A stretch of DNA of 64,000 nucleotides from Octopus sinensis. Lineage: Eukaryota. Made by a program: the position numbers and the translations under genes. Position 1 is the stretch's first letter; every line of letters begins with the position of its first letter. The notes under the pieces were generated by a model. That model did no database searches. It had not been told where the DNA came from and was given only the letters and a program-made list of their open reading frames with translations. The DNA is taken from the NCBI RefSeq assembly GCF_006345805.1, contig NC_043001.1, positions 17,794,001-17,858,000 on the forward strand. Direction: 5' to 3'. Below, one piece after another: positions 38,447 through 52,320 of the stretch.

Positions 38447-38567
38447 TTGAAACTACCTTTGGTTTTGAAATCCTGTTTATTACTTGCCTCCCTTTTCATT
38501 TACATTTCAAATTCAGCGATTTTTTAAAAATTATTATATACACAACGAACACTCTAGCATATCAACT

Positions 38568-38640
38568 GGGGAATTAGCTCAGATGGTAGAGCGCTCGCTT
38601 TGCATGCGAGAGGTACCGGGATCGATACCCGGATTCTCCA
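38568..38640 (+). tRNA. tRNA-Ala-TGC: tRNA-Ala(TGC)
   Basis: Complete cloverleaf, T-loop ATCGATA, TATATA about 30 bp upstream, T-run downstream. Confidence 0.95.
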
Positions 38641-39917
38641 ATAATCTAACTTTTTGGTTTTGGTATCTCGCCTATTACTTTGCATTTGAAATTACGTGTT
38701 TTGTGAAATTTTCATATTCATAAAATCAACGTTTGACCCCTCGCCGGGAATTTACTCAGATAGAATGCTCACTTTGCATGCAAGCATTTGAAACTCCATG
38801 GTTTTTTTCAAACATTTTCATATACATAACAGAAATCTACGTTTACGCACTAAGGAATTAGATCATAATGTAGATTACTCGCTTTGCATACGGGAGGTAC
38901 CGGGATCGATGCCCGGATTCACCAAATAAGCTACTTTATTTTTAATAACTAGTCTATTATGTATTTTCATATACATAATAAAAGAAACCTATGGTGACTA
39001 ACTGGGGAATTAACTCAGGCGGGAGAGTGCCCGATTTTATTTGCAATTCCGGCTTCGTAAAATTTTCAAATACACAACAAAAAACTATTGCTCCCTCTCT
39101 CTCGGGGATGTACTCAGATGGAAGAACGCTCGCTTTGCATGCCTGAGATGCCGGATCGATACCTGGATTCACCAGATGCTGGAATCGATACCCAGATTCT
39201 CCAGTGAAGACGTTTATTTTTTGGGTTTTTTTTATAAATTGTCTAAAACTTCATTTCATTTTCATTTCCTTTTGAAATTCCAATTGTTTCAAATTTTCAA
39301 ATACATAAAAACAACAAAAAAACGCTGGTCACTCACCATGGAATTGGCTCAGAGGGTACAGGCTTCGCTTTGCATGCGAGATGTGCCAGGAATCGATACC
39401 CGAGTTCTCCAATAATGCCAATTATGTTTTTGATAGCACGTCTATTACTTGATCTCATTTGAAATTCCGAATTTTTAGAAAATTTTCAGATACAGAACAA
39501 AAACATTTGATCCCTAACTGGAATATCAACTCATATAGTAGAACGTTCGTTTTGCATTCGAGAGGTACTGGGATCGATCCTCGGATTCTCCACTAAAACT
39601 ACTTTTGTTTTTGATATCTTGTCTATCACTTGATTTCCTTTTCATTTACTTTTGCAATTCCGTTTTCTTTTTTTTTTCTTCGAATTTTCGTATACATGAC
39701 AAAAGGTTGCGTTCACTGAGCGGGGAATAGGCTCAGATGGTAGATTGCTCGCTTTCACTGTGAGAGGTACCGGAATCCATGCTTGGATTCTCCAATGAAA
39801 CTACTTTTGGTTTTGATATCTTCTTTATTACTTGACTTCATTTTTATTTAGATTTCAAATTCAGCGATTTTAAAAACAAAAATATCATATACACAACAAA
39901 CACTTTCTGAATTAACG

Positions 39918-39990
39918 GGGGAATTAGCTCAGTTGGTAGAGCGCTCGCTTTGCATGCGAGAGGTACCGGGATCGATACCCGGATTCTCCA
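39918..39990 (+). tRNA. tRNA-Ala-TGC: tRNA-Ala(TGC)
   Basis: Complete cloverleaf. Confidence 0.95.
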
Positions 39991-42310
39991 ATATCGAAAA
40001 TTTTGTTTTTGATATCTCGTCTATTCATATCATTTGCATTTGAAATTACGTGTTTTGTGAAATTTTCGTATTCATAACAAAAGCGTTTGATCCCTAACCG
40101 GGCAATTAACTCAAATAGAATGCTCGCTTTTCATGAAAGATGTCCTGCGATCGATTCCCAGATTCTCCAATAAAGCTACTTCTGTTTGTAATATCTTGTC
40201 TCTCACTTTCATTTACTTTTGCAATTCCGGTTTTATACTCTATTTTCATACACATGACAAATGGTTGCGGGCACTGGACCTAAATGACTCACATGGTAGA
40301 TGCTCGCTTTGACTGGAACAGGTACCGCAATCAATGATCGGATTCTCTAATGAAACTACTTTTCGTTTTGATATCTTGTGTATTGCGTGATTTCATTTTC
40401 ATTTATTATTGGAATTCCGATTTTTTTTTGTTTTTTTTTTTACATATACATAAGAAAAGCCATAGCTCAATTGGTAGGAGGACCCTTTTGTATTCATTTA
40501 TGTTTGAATTTTAGGGTTTTTAAATTTTCATATGCATATCAAAAGAAACATATGCTTACTCCCGGGGAATTTGCTCAGGCGGGAGAGTGTTCGATTTCAG
40601 TTTCATTTGAACCAAGGTTTGTTAAATGTTCACATGCATAACAAAAAACGTTTAATCCCTGTCCAGGCAATTAACACAGCATGCAAAGCTACTGGGATCG
40701 ATTCCCGGATTCTTCAATAAAGCTACTTTTATTTACGACATTTTACTATTGAAACTCCGGTTTTTTTTTGTTTTGTTTCTTTTTTGTTTTTTTTCAATTT
40801 ACATATGCATAAGAAAAGCCTTAGCTCAATTGGTACGAGGCACTGTTCGTATGTGAAATGTACCAGAAAGGACGTCTGGGTTTACCACTGCACCTAATTT
40901 TGTTTTTAATAACTTGTCTGTTGCTTGAATTCATTTTCATTTACTTTTGAAACTCCGCGATATTTTTAAAATGATCATATACAATAACAAACACGAATCG
41001 CCGCTGTCAGGGTAATTAACGAATAAGTTAAAGCGCTCACTTTGCATGCGAGGGGTCCCGGGCTCGATGCCCGGATTCTTTAATGAAGCTGCTTTCCTTC
41101 GAATAAGTTATGTAATACTTAATTTTATTTTCCTTTACCTCTGAAATTCAAGGATTTTTTTCTTAAATTTTTACATGAAAGTTCGCTAACTAGGGAATTA
41201 ACTCAGATGTTCGGTTCTCGCTTTGCATACGGGAGGTACCGGGATCGATGCCCGGATTCTCCAATAATGCTACTTTATTTTTAATATCTAGTATATTACT
41301 TGATTTCAAATTCATTTAAGTTTGAAATTCGAGGATTTTTAAATTTTCATATACATAATAAAAGAAACCTATGGTCACTAACTGGGGAATTAGCTCAGGT
41401 GGGAGAGTGCCCGATTTTATTTGCAATTCCTGCTTTGTAAAATTTTCAAATACACAACAAAAAACTATTGCTCCCTCTCCCGGAGAATTTACTCAGATGG
41501 TAGAACGCTCGCTTTGCATGCCTGAGATGCTGGATCAATACCCGGATTCACCAGATGCCAGAATCGATACCCAGATTCTCCAGTGAAGACGTTTTTTTTA
41601 AATTTTTTTTTTATAAATTGTCTAAAACTTCATTTCATTTTCATTTCCTTTTGAAATTCCAATTGTTTCAAATTTTCAAATACATAAAAACAACAAAAAA
41701 ACGCTGGTCACTCACCATGGAATTGGCTCAGAGGGTACAGGCCTCGCTTTGCATGCGAGATGTGCCAGGAATCGATGCCCGAATTCTCCAATAATGCTAA
41801 TTATGTTTTTGATAGATCGTCTATTACTTCATCTCATTTGAAATTCCGGATTTTTAGAAAATTTTCAGATACAGAACAAAAAGGTTTGATCCCTAACTGG
41901 AATATCAACTCATATAGTAGAACGTTCGTTTTGCATTCGAGGGATACTGGGATCGATCCCCGGATTCTCCAATAAAACTACTTTTGTTTTTGATATCTTG
42001 TCTTGATATCTTGATATCTTGATATCTTGATTTCCTTTTCATTTACTTTTGCAATTCTGTTTTTTTTTTTTTTTTCAAATTTTCGAATACATGAGAAAAG
42101 GTTGCGTCCACTGAGCAGGGAATTGGCTCAGATGATAGATTGCTCGCTTTGACTGCGTGAGGTACCGGGGTCGATGTCTGGATTTTCCAATGAAACAACT
42201 TTTGGTTTTGATATCTTTATTACTTGACTTCATTTTTATTTACATTTTAAATTCAGCAAATGTTTTAGAAAAATTATTATATACACAACGAACACTCTAG
42301 CACAGAAACT

Positions 42311-42383
42311 GGGGAATTAGCTCAGTTGGTAGAGCGCTCGCTTTGCATGCGAGAGGTATCGGGATCGATACCCGAATTCTCCA
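42311..42383 (+). tRNA. tRNA-Ala-TGC: tRNA-Ala(TGC) with compensatory T49:A65
   Basis: All stems paired; T-stem TCGGG/CCCGA. Confidence 0.9.
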
Positions 42384-43505
42384 ATAAAGTAGTTTTTTGT
42401 TTTTGATATCTCGTCTATTACTTGATATCATTTGCATTTGAAATTACGTGTTTTGTGAAATTTTCATGTTTATAACAAAACGTTTGATCCCTAACCGGGC
42501 AATTAACTCAGATAGACTACTCGCCTTGCATGCAAGATATCCTTGGATCGATTCCCAGATTCTCCAATAAAGCTACTTCTGGTTTTAATATCTTGCCTAT
42601 CACTTTCATTTCTGCAATTCGAGATTTTTTTTCTATATTTTGAATACACGACAAATGGTAGCGTGCACTGTTTTGTGAAATTTTCGTATTCATAAAAACA
42701 ACGTTTTATCCCTAACCGGGCAATTAACTCAGATAGAATGCTCGCTTTGCATGCAAGATGTCCTGGGGTCGATTCACAGATTCTCCAATAAAGCTACTTC
42801 TGTTTGTAATATCTTGTCTATCACTTTCATTTACTTTAGCAATTCCGGTTTTATTCTATATTTTCATACACATGACAAATGGTTGCGGGCTCAGATGGTA
42901 GATTGCTCGCTTTGACTGCGACAAGTACCGCAATCAATGCCCGGATTCTCTAATGAAACTACTTTTCGTTTTGATATCTTGTGTATTACGTGGTTTCATT
43001 TTTATTTACTATTGGAAATCCGGGTTTTTTTTTAATATACATATACGTAAGAAAAGCCTATCGTTACTAACCGGTGAATTAGCTCAGATGGTGGAATGCT
43101 CTTTTTATATGTGAAATGTTCCAGAAAGGACGTCTGGATTAACCAGTGAAGCTAATTTTGCTTTTAATAACTTGTCTGTTGCTTGAATTCATTTTCATTT
43201 ACTTTTGAAATTAGGCGAGTTTTTTTTTAAGTTTTCTTGTGGAGCCACTCCCTTTTTTAATATCTAGTCTATTGCTTAATTTCATTTACATTTGAAACAC
43301 CTGAGAGTTTTTTTTTTTCACATTTCATATACATAACAGAAACTTATGTTTATGCACTAGAGAATTAGGTCATAACATAGACTATTTGATTTGCATTCGA
43401 GAGGTACCGGGATCGATGCCTGGATTCTCCAATAGTGTTACTTTGTTTTTAATAACTAGTCTATTACTTGATTTCAAATTCATTTACGTTTGAAATTCAG
43501 GGATT

Positions 43506-43556
<51 letters not shown>

Positions 43557-44597
43557 GTATACACATAATAAAAGAAACCTATGGTCACTAACCGGGGAAT
43601 TTGCTCAGGTGGGAAAATGTTCGATTTCATTTTCATTTGAAAATCAGGGTTTGTAAAATGTTCACATACATAACAAAAAACGTTTAATCCCTGTCCCGGG
43701 AATTAACTCAGCATGCGAAAGGTACTGGGATCGATTCTCGGAATCTCCAATAAAGCTACTTTTGTTTTTAATATCTTGCCTATCACTTTATTTCTTTTTC
43801 ATTTACTTTGCAATTCCGATTTTTTCTTAATTTTTTAATTTTAAGCACTAGACGGAGTTTTGGCTCAGGTAGTAGAATGCTTGCTTTGACTGCGAAAGGT
43901 ACCAGAATCGGTGTCTGGATTCTCTAGTGGATCTTTTTTTTTTTTTTTTGAGTAAGTTGTCTAAAACTTCATTTCATTTTCTTTTTCTTTTGAAATTCCG
44001 GGATTTTTCAAATTTCCAAATACATAAAAACAACTAAAAAACGCTGGTCACTAACCGCGGAATTGGCTCAGAGGGTAAAGCGCTCGCTTTGCATGCGAGG
44101 TTTGACAGGAATCTATGCCTGAATTCTCCAATAATGCCAATTATGTTTTTGATAGATCGTCTATTACTTCATCTCATTTGAAATTCCGGATTTCTAGAAA
44201 ATTTTCATATACATAACAAGAATAGAACGCGCGTTTTGCATTCGAGAAGTGCTGGGATCGATCTCCGGATTCTCCAATAAAACTACTTTTGTCTTTGATA
44301 TCTTGTCTATCACTTGATTTCCTTTCCATTTACTTTCGCGATTCCGGATTTCTTTCCTTTTTGTTTTTTTCAATTTTTCGTATGAATGAAGAAAGTGTCC
44401 ACTTAATGGGGAATCAGATGGTAGATTGCTCGCTTTAACTGCGAGAAGTACCGGAATGTATGCTTGGATTCTCCAATGAAACAACTTTTGGTTTTGATAT
44501 CTTCTTTATTACTTGACTTCATTTTCATTTAGATTTCAAATTAAGCGATTTTAAAAAAAAGTATTATATACACAACAAACATTGTTGAAAGATTACT

Positions 44598-44670
44598 GGG
44601 GAATTAGCTCAGTTGGTAGAGCGCTCGCTTTGCATGCGAGAGGTACCGGGATCGATACCCGGATTCTCCA
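44598..44670 (+). tRNA. tRNA-Ala-TGC: tRNA-Ala(TGC)
   Basis: Complete cloverleaf. Confidence 0.95.
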
Positions 44671-45376
44671 ATGATGTAAATTTTTGCTTTTGATATCTCG
44701 CCTATTACGTGATATCAATTGCATTTGAAATTACGTGTTTTGTGAAATTTTCATGTTCATAACAAAAACGTTTGATCCCTAACCGTGGAATTTTCGCTTT
44801 GCATGCAAGATGTCCTTGGATCGATTCTCAGATTCTCCAATAAAACTACTTTTTTATTTACTTTTGAAATTCGAGTTTTTGCTTTTTACCATATTTTGAA
44901 TATTTTGAATACACGACAAATGCTAGACAATCGCTTTGCATGCGAAAGCTACTGGGATCGATTCCCTGATTCTCCAATAAAGCTACTTTTGTATTCGATA
45001 TCTTGCCTATTACTTGATCTCATTTACATTTCAAATTCCGCGATTGTTTTTATTATATTATTATATACACAACAAATAGACAAATATATTGTCTTTGATA
45101 TCTTGTCTATCACTTGATTTCCTTTACTTTTGCAATTCCGATTTTTTTTCATATATATGACAAAAAGTTGCGTCCACTGAACAGGGAATTGGCTCAGATG
45201 GTAGATTGCCCGCTTTGACTGCGAGAGGCACCGGAATCGATTCCTGGATTCTCCCGTGAAATTAGTTTTGGTTTTGATATCCTGTTTATTATTCGACTTC
45301 ATTTTCATTTACATTTGAAACTAAGTGATTTTTTTAAAATTATTATATACACAACAAACTCTTCTCCTACTTAATT

Positions 45377-45449
45377 GGGGAATTAGCTCAGATGGTAGAG
45401 CGCTCGCTTTGCATGCGAGAGGTACCGGGATCGATACCCGGATTCTCCA
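45377..45449 (+). tRNA. tRNA-Ala-TGC: tRNA-Ala(TGC)
   Basis: Complete cloverleaf. Confidence 0.95.
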
Positions 45450-46170
45450 ATAATCTAAATTTTGTTTTTGAGATCTCGCCTATTACTTGATATCATTTGC
45501 ATTTGAAATTACGTGTTTTGTGAAATTTTCATGTTCATAACAAAAATCTTTGATCCCTAAGCGGGGAACTGATTCAGATAGAATTTTCGCTTTGCATGCA
45601 AGATGTACTGGGATCGATTCCCAGGACAAATATAAGATATATATATATATATAAAGATATATATAAAGATTTTAATATCTTATATATTTTCGCTTTGCAT
45701 TCAAAGATATATAAGATATCAAAAAATATATAAGATATTAAAAACTTGATTTCATTTTCATTTACATTTCAAATTTCACGATTTTTAAAAAATTATTATA
45801 TATATAACAAACACTTTTCTGGACTAACCGAGGAATTAATTCAGTTGGTATCGCGCACGATTTGCATACGTGTGGTATTGTGATCAATACCGAATTCTCC
45901 AATTGATCCGCTTTTTATTTTTAATAAGTTACCTGTTACTTAATTTCCTTTACTTTTGAAATTCCGGGTTTTGTTTTAAATTTTCATATACATGACAAAT
46001 GCCGATGGAAATATCTCAGGTGGTAGAACACTCTCTTGGAAAGCGAAAGGTGCCAGAAAGGATGTCCGGATTGTCCAATGAAGCTAATTTTGATTTTAAT
46101 AAATAGTCTTGGCTTCATTTGCATTTACTTTTGAAATTCCGCATTTTTAAAAAAAAATTTTCATATACAT

Positions 46171-46380
46171 AGGCGCAGGAGTGGCTGTGTGGTAAGTAGC
46201 CTGCTTACCAAATACACATGGTTTCGGGTTCAGTCCCAATGCGTAGCACCTTGGCCAAATGTCTTTTACTATAGCTTCGGGCCGACCAAAGCCTTGTGAA
46301 TGCATTTGGTGGGCGGAAACTGAAAGAAGCCTGTCGTATATATGTATGTATGCATGTATATTTATATTTATATATAAATG

Positions 46381-46442
<62 letters not shown>

Positions 46443-46451
46443 TATATATAT

Positions 46452-46512
<61 letters not shown>

Positions 46513-46544
46513 ATATATAAATACACACACACATATATATATAT

Positions 46545-46590
<46 letters not shown>

Positions 46591-46806
46591 TGTATGTTTG
46601 TGTGTCTCTGTTTGTCCCCCCAACATTACTTGACAACCGATGCTTGTGTGTTTACGTCCCCATAACTTAGCGGTTCGGCAAAAGAGACCAATAGAATAAG
46701 TATTAGGCTTACAAAGAATAAGTCCTGAGGTCGATTTGCTCGACTAAGGGCGGTGCTCCAGCATGGCCGCAGTCAAATGACTGAAACAAGTAAAAGAGTA
46801 AAAGAG
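46171..46806 (+). mobile_element. SINE family A with expanded internal (TA)n, inserted in the array
   Basis: Full head and tail. Confidence 0.9.
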
Positions 46807-46807
46807 A

Positions 46808-47510
46808 AATACCGCATACTCAACGACGCTGACCGTCATATGGAAAAGTTCACCAATCCAAGACCGGAAACGAAAGTGCCTGTTATGATCCCTTTCACTC
46901 TCGTCTTCCACACTACCTCCTTCAGTGTAGCTATTACGCAAAGGAAACTAGCCTGCTCTTTCCTATTGAAAGAAGACGGTGAAACAATCTTAATTATAGA
47001 CTCGGTTGACAGTTGTACTCTTCTCAGATGTGACAACAGTTGTTCGACATAAGTTCCGATGTCTTCGGACATTTCACAATTGCGTGCAGGAGAGTTCCAT
47101 TGTCCTCACCGCATCTTGGATAAGTTGGCGTGGCTGAAACATTACGCCTACAGAGTTTGTCCCGAACAGGTAAGGCACCTCTGTAACATTGCCATGCCAG
47201 GGGCTTTTGGAAATTGTCCAAAGGCCCTCGCCAGAATGTTCTTCGGTACAGGCTGGCGAGTTGACTATCATCAAAGCCCAGGGTTTCTCCCAGGGCGCCG
47301 TCACATTTAAACTCTACTAACCCTCTACAAAAGGTCGAAGTGGAACCCTTGTCGCCGGCGTTGCCCGCTTCGGAGAGAAGCACGAGTGCCTGACGATACT
47401 CTGCGTGCCAAGTTCCCAACTTCTGTCTACACTTAATCTATGGGCCCAGTTCAGTAAACGAGTTGAACCGTGGAAAGAATTGTCTGAAGAACGGAGACCA
47501 CACTTGCATA
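46808..47510 (-). mobile_element. L1/Tx1-like LINE ORF2 C-terminal fragment
   Basis: LAWQCYRGALPVRDKL...PRCG...TLLHAIVKCP resembles the zf-RVT/CCHC region, followed by LCVIATLKEVVWKTR. Confidence 0.75.
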
Positions 47511-49560
47511 CCGTCTATTACATGACATGATTTTTATTTGTTTCAAATTCAACGATTTCTTTTTTTAATTTTATACACTTCAGAAACACCTATGGACACA
47601 AAACTTGGGATCATCTCAAGTGGTAGAGGGCTCGCTTTGCATTCGAGAGATACCGGGATCGTTCACGGCTTCTCCAATTCAGCTGCATTTGTTTATAATA
47701 TCTTGTCTGTTACTTCATTTCATTTTCCTTTACATTCGGAATACCAGGATTTTTTTTAAATTTTCACATATATAACAGCAACAAACAGAGCGCTCGCTTT
47801 GCATGTGAGAGGTAACGGGTTCGATACCCGGATTCTCCAAGGAGGCTACTTTTGTTTTTAATAACTTTTCTATTACTTCATTGCTTTTACTTTTGAAATA
47901 CCTGGCTTTTCTTTTTTTAATTTTCATATACAGAGTAAAAAACCATGGTCACTAACTGGGAATTAGCTCAGGTGGTAGAACGCTCGTCTTATATTCAGGA
48001 GGTACCGGGTTCGAAACACTGAATCTCCAGTGAGGATACTTTATTTTTAATAACATGCCCATTGCTTCATTCCATTTTCATTTACTTTTGAAACTTTGGA
48101 GTTTTTTTTTAAAATTTTCATGTACATATCAAAAACCTATGACCGCTAACCAGCAATTATCCCAGGTAGTAGGGTGCTAGGATTCTGTAATGAATATACT
48201 TTTCCTTTTTAATAACTTGCTAATTAGTTCATTTCACTTACATTTACATTTGAAAACACCGGGATTTTTTAAAATTTTCAAGTACACAACAAAATCCTCA
48301 CTTTGCTCAGCTTAGAATTAGCTCAAAATATAGGGCGCTCGCTTTGCATGTGATACGTACCGGGATCAGTCAACGGATTCTCCAGACATCTTATCTCTTG
48401 TTTCATTTTATTTTTATTTACTTTTGAAATTCCCGGAATTTTATTTTCATTTTCATATACATAACAATAAGCTGGGGGCGCCAAGCGAGGAATTAGTTCA
48501 GATGGTAAAGCGAACGCTTTGCATGTGAGAGGTGTCGGTATCAATGCCATGATTTTCCAATTGAGATGCTTTGCTTTTAATAACTTGTCTATTACTTGAT
48601 ATCTTTCTCAATTTCTTTTGAATTTCCGGTTTTTTTATAAAATATTCATATATATAGTAAAACCTTTGCCTACTCATAGAATTAGCTCAGAATATAAGGC
48701 GCTCGCTTTGTTTGCCTATGAAAAGATGAAAACAAACCCAGAATATCAAAAGTAAATGAAATCAAGCAATAGGAAAGCCATTAAAAACAAAAGAAACTTC
48801 ACTGGAGAATCTGGGAATCGATCTCTACACCTCTCGCGTGCAAAGTGAGCGCTCTACAATCTGAGCTAAATACCCGGCTGCAGACCAAAAACTTTTGTTT
48901 TGTGTATATACATTTAAAAAAAAACAACCTTGAAAAGAAATGTAAATGAAATGAATGGACAAGGATATTAAAAGTAGATTTAATTGAATAAGCTAGGTAT
49001 CGATCTAGCTATCTTTCACAAGCAAAGCGAGCGATCTACCGTCTGAACTAATTCTCTGATTAGTGTCTGAATGCCTATCATCTGCTTTTGTTCTGTATAT
49101 GAAAATTCAAAATAATCCCGGCATTTTGAATCTAAATGAAAATGACATCAAGTAATAGAGAAATTATAAAAAACGAAAGAAGCTTCTTTGGTGGATCCGG
49201 GTATCGATCCCGGTACCTCGCACACGCAAAGCAAGTGCTCTGCAATCGGAGATAATTTCCCAGTCCGCGCCTACAAATGTTTTTTGTGCATATGAAAAGT
49301 TGAAAACACCCGGAATATGAAAACTAAATGAAACAAATAGACAAGTTATCAAAAACGAAAGAAAATTCGTTTGAGAGTCTGAGCATCCAGGTACCCCTCA
49401 CACTCAAGACAAGATCTCTGCCATTTTGGACAATTCCCCAGTTAGCAACCATAGGTTTTTGTTATATATATATGAAAATTTAATAAACTTCCAGGAATTT
49501 CAGAACTAAGTGTAAATGTGTGTAATAGACAAATTATTAAAAGGTAAAAAGTAGATTTAT

Positions 49561-49633
49561 TGGAGAATCCGGGTATCGATCCCGGTACCTCTCGCATGCT
49601 AAGCGAGCGCTCTACCATCTGAGCTAATTCCCC
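49561..49633 (-). tRNA. tRNA-Ala-AGC: tRNA-Ala(AGC), T-loop ATCGATA
   Basis: Complete cloverleaf. Confidence 0.93.
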
Positions 49634-50875
49634 GCACTCCTGCTGTCGGCGTTTGTTGTGCATATGAAATATTGAAAACAAAGTCAGGACGTCAAAACTA
49701 AATGAAATCAAGTGATAGATAAGTTATTAAAAGCAAATGTAGTATTACTGGAGAATACGGACATCGATCCCGGTAGCTCCCGCATGCAAAACGAGCGCAC
49801 CACCTCTTGAGCTAAAATCTTTGTTAGCGACCATGGATGTTTGTTATGCATATGAAAACAAAAAAAAATCGCAGAATTTAAAACGCATATGAAAAGGAAC
49901 TCAAGAGACAACGAAATTAAAGAACGAAATTAGTTTTACTGGAGAATCTGGATATCGATCCTGGTATCTCTCGCATGTAAAGCGAGCGCTCTACCAACAG
50001 AGAACATTTGGCGGTTAGTAAATACAGCTTTTGTTTGTTTTGTTTTTGTTTTTGTTTTTCCAGTTTCAGCTCTTGAGCTGTGGCCATGCTGGGGCACCGC
50101 CATTGTGGTGAAAGAGTACAGCAGGGATCACCACCCCCTGCCGGAGCCTCGTAGAGCTTTTAGGTGTTTTCGCTCAATAAACACACACAACGCCCGGTCT
50201 GAGAATCGAAACCGCGATCCTGCGACCGCGAGTCCGCTGCCCTAACCAGTAGGCCATTGCGCCTCTACAATGTTTTTTTTAAAAACTCGGAATTTCAAAA
50301 GTAAATGAAATCAAATAAAAGTAATGTTATGAAAATGAAACGCAGCTTTCCTGAAGAATCCGTAAATTGATACCGGTTCCTCTCGCATGGAAAGCGAACG
50401 CTCTACGTCTTCAAGTATTTCCTCGCTTAACGGACGTAGGTTTTTTTTTATGTATATGAAATTTTTTATTAAAAAATCAGGGCATTTCAAAAGAAAATGA
50501 AATGAAACGAGACAAGATATCAAAACAAAAGTAGTATTACTGAAGAATCAGTGAACTGATCCGGGTACATATTGCATGCAGAGTGAGCGCCCTATATTCT
50601 GAGCTAATTCTACGCTTAGTAAACACAGATTTTGCTACGTACATGAATATTCTTTAAAAGCCCCGGAAATTCAAAAGAAATTGAAAAGGATATCAAGTAA
50701 TAGACAAGTTTTAAAAAGAAAGTGGCTCGTTGCATTGATACCATTACGTCTCGCGTTGTAAGGTGAGCCTTTACTGGCTTTGGTCATGCATGTGAAATGT
50801 TTTTTAAATTCCTGAATTTCGAAATTCAATGAAAAATATCAATTGATAAATTATTAAAAATGAAAGAAGTCTCCT

Positions 50876-50948
50876 TGGAGAATCCGGGTATCGATCCCGG
50901 TACCTCTCGCATGCAAAGCGAGCGCTCTACCATCTGAGCTAATTCCCC
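50876..50948 (-). tRNA. tRNA-Ala-TGC: tRNA-Ala(TGC)
   Basis: Complete cloverleaf. Confidence 0.95.
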
Positions 50949-52190
50949 AGCTAGCCTCTCTCTACGTTTGTTATTCATATGAAAAGTTTAAAGCAAACCC
51001 AGCATATCAAAACTAAATCAAACAAAAGAATCTTCAGTGGAAAATCCGGGTATCGATCTCGCATGCAAAGCGAGCGCACTACAATCTGAGTTAATTCCCC
51101 GGGTACAGACCAGAGATTTTTCTTATGTATATTTTTTTAAACCTAGAATTTCAAATGTAAATGAAAATAAAAAGAAGTAATAGACAAGTTATGGGTCTTT
51201 TCCCTTTGAATAACAGTGACAAACGAAATATACACTGCCGATAGTTGTTGTTGACAAACAACGGCAGTAATATTATTCAGCTGAATACACGTTATTGATT
51301 GGTTGAAATTACCGAAATTCTGGTTTTATTTAAATTTTCGTATACAAAACAAAAGCACATGATACGGATTCAGTCACTGACCGGGGAATTAACTCCGACT
51401 GTAGATCGCCCGCTTTGATTGTGAAAGGTGTCGGTATCAATGCCATGATTCTCCAATTGAGATGCTTTGTTTTTAATAACTTGTCTATTACTTGATATCT
51501 TTCTCAATTTCTTTTGATATTTCCGGTAAACCTATGTTTACTCAGATTATGGAGCAATTGCTTTGTATTCGATATGTACGGATTCTCCAGTAATACTATT
51601 TTTGTTTTGATATCTTATCTCTTGTTTCATTTCATTTCCATTTACTTTTCAAATTCCCGAATTTAAAAAAAATTTTTCGTATAATTAAAAAAAAACGTGT
51701 GAAATAGTTAAGAGGGTAGAACGCTCATTTTGCGTGCGAGAGGTACTGGGATCGATTCCCGAATTCTTCTAGAAATCTACGTTTCATTTTAATAACTTTT
51801 GTTTTATTTCATTTCATTTACTTTTAAAACTTCTGGGTTTGTTTTTTTTCATTTTCATATACATAACAAAAGCTTTGGTGACTTACCTGAGAATTGGCTC
51901 TGTTGGTAGATCGCTTTGCATGTATGAGATACTTTGGATCGATGTCCGGATTCTTCTGTGAAACCAATTTCGCTGATTTCATTTTCATATGCTTTTTAAA
52001 TTCTACGGTTTTTTTTCCATATGCGTAACAAACATCCACGGTCCCTAAGAGGGAGTTTTGCATGCGGGAACCACCGGAATCGTTGTCCGCATTCTCCAAT
52101 TATGTTTTGTTTGTTTTTAATAACTTCTCTATTACTTGATTTCATTTAGTTTTGATATTTTTGCAAAACAAACGTCAAAAGTAGTTATCC

Positions 52191-52263
52191 GGGGAATTAG
52201 CTCAGATGGTAGAGCGCTCGCTTAGCATGCGAGAGGTACCGGGATCGATACCCGGATTCTCCA
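52191..52263 (+). tRNA. tRNA-Ala-AGC: tRNA-Ala(AGC), T-loop ATCGATA
   Basis: Complete cloverleaf. Confidence 0.93.
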
Positions 52264-52320
52264 ACAAAGTTTCTTATCGTTTTAATAATTTATCCGTTAC
52301 ATGATATCATTTGCACTTGG

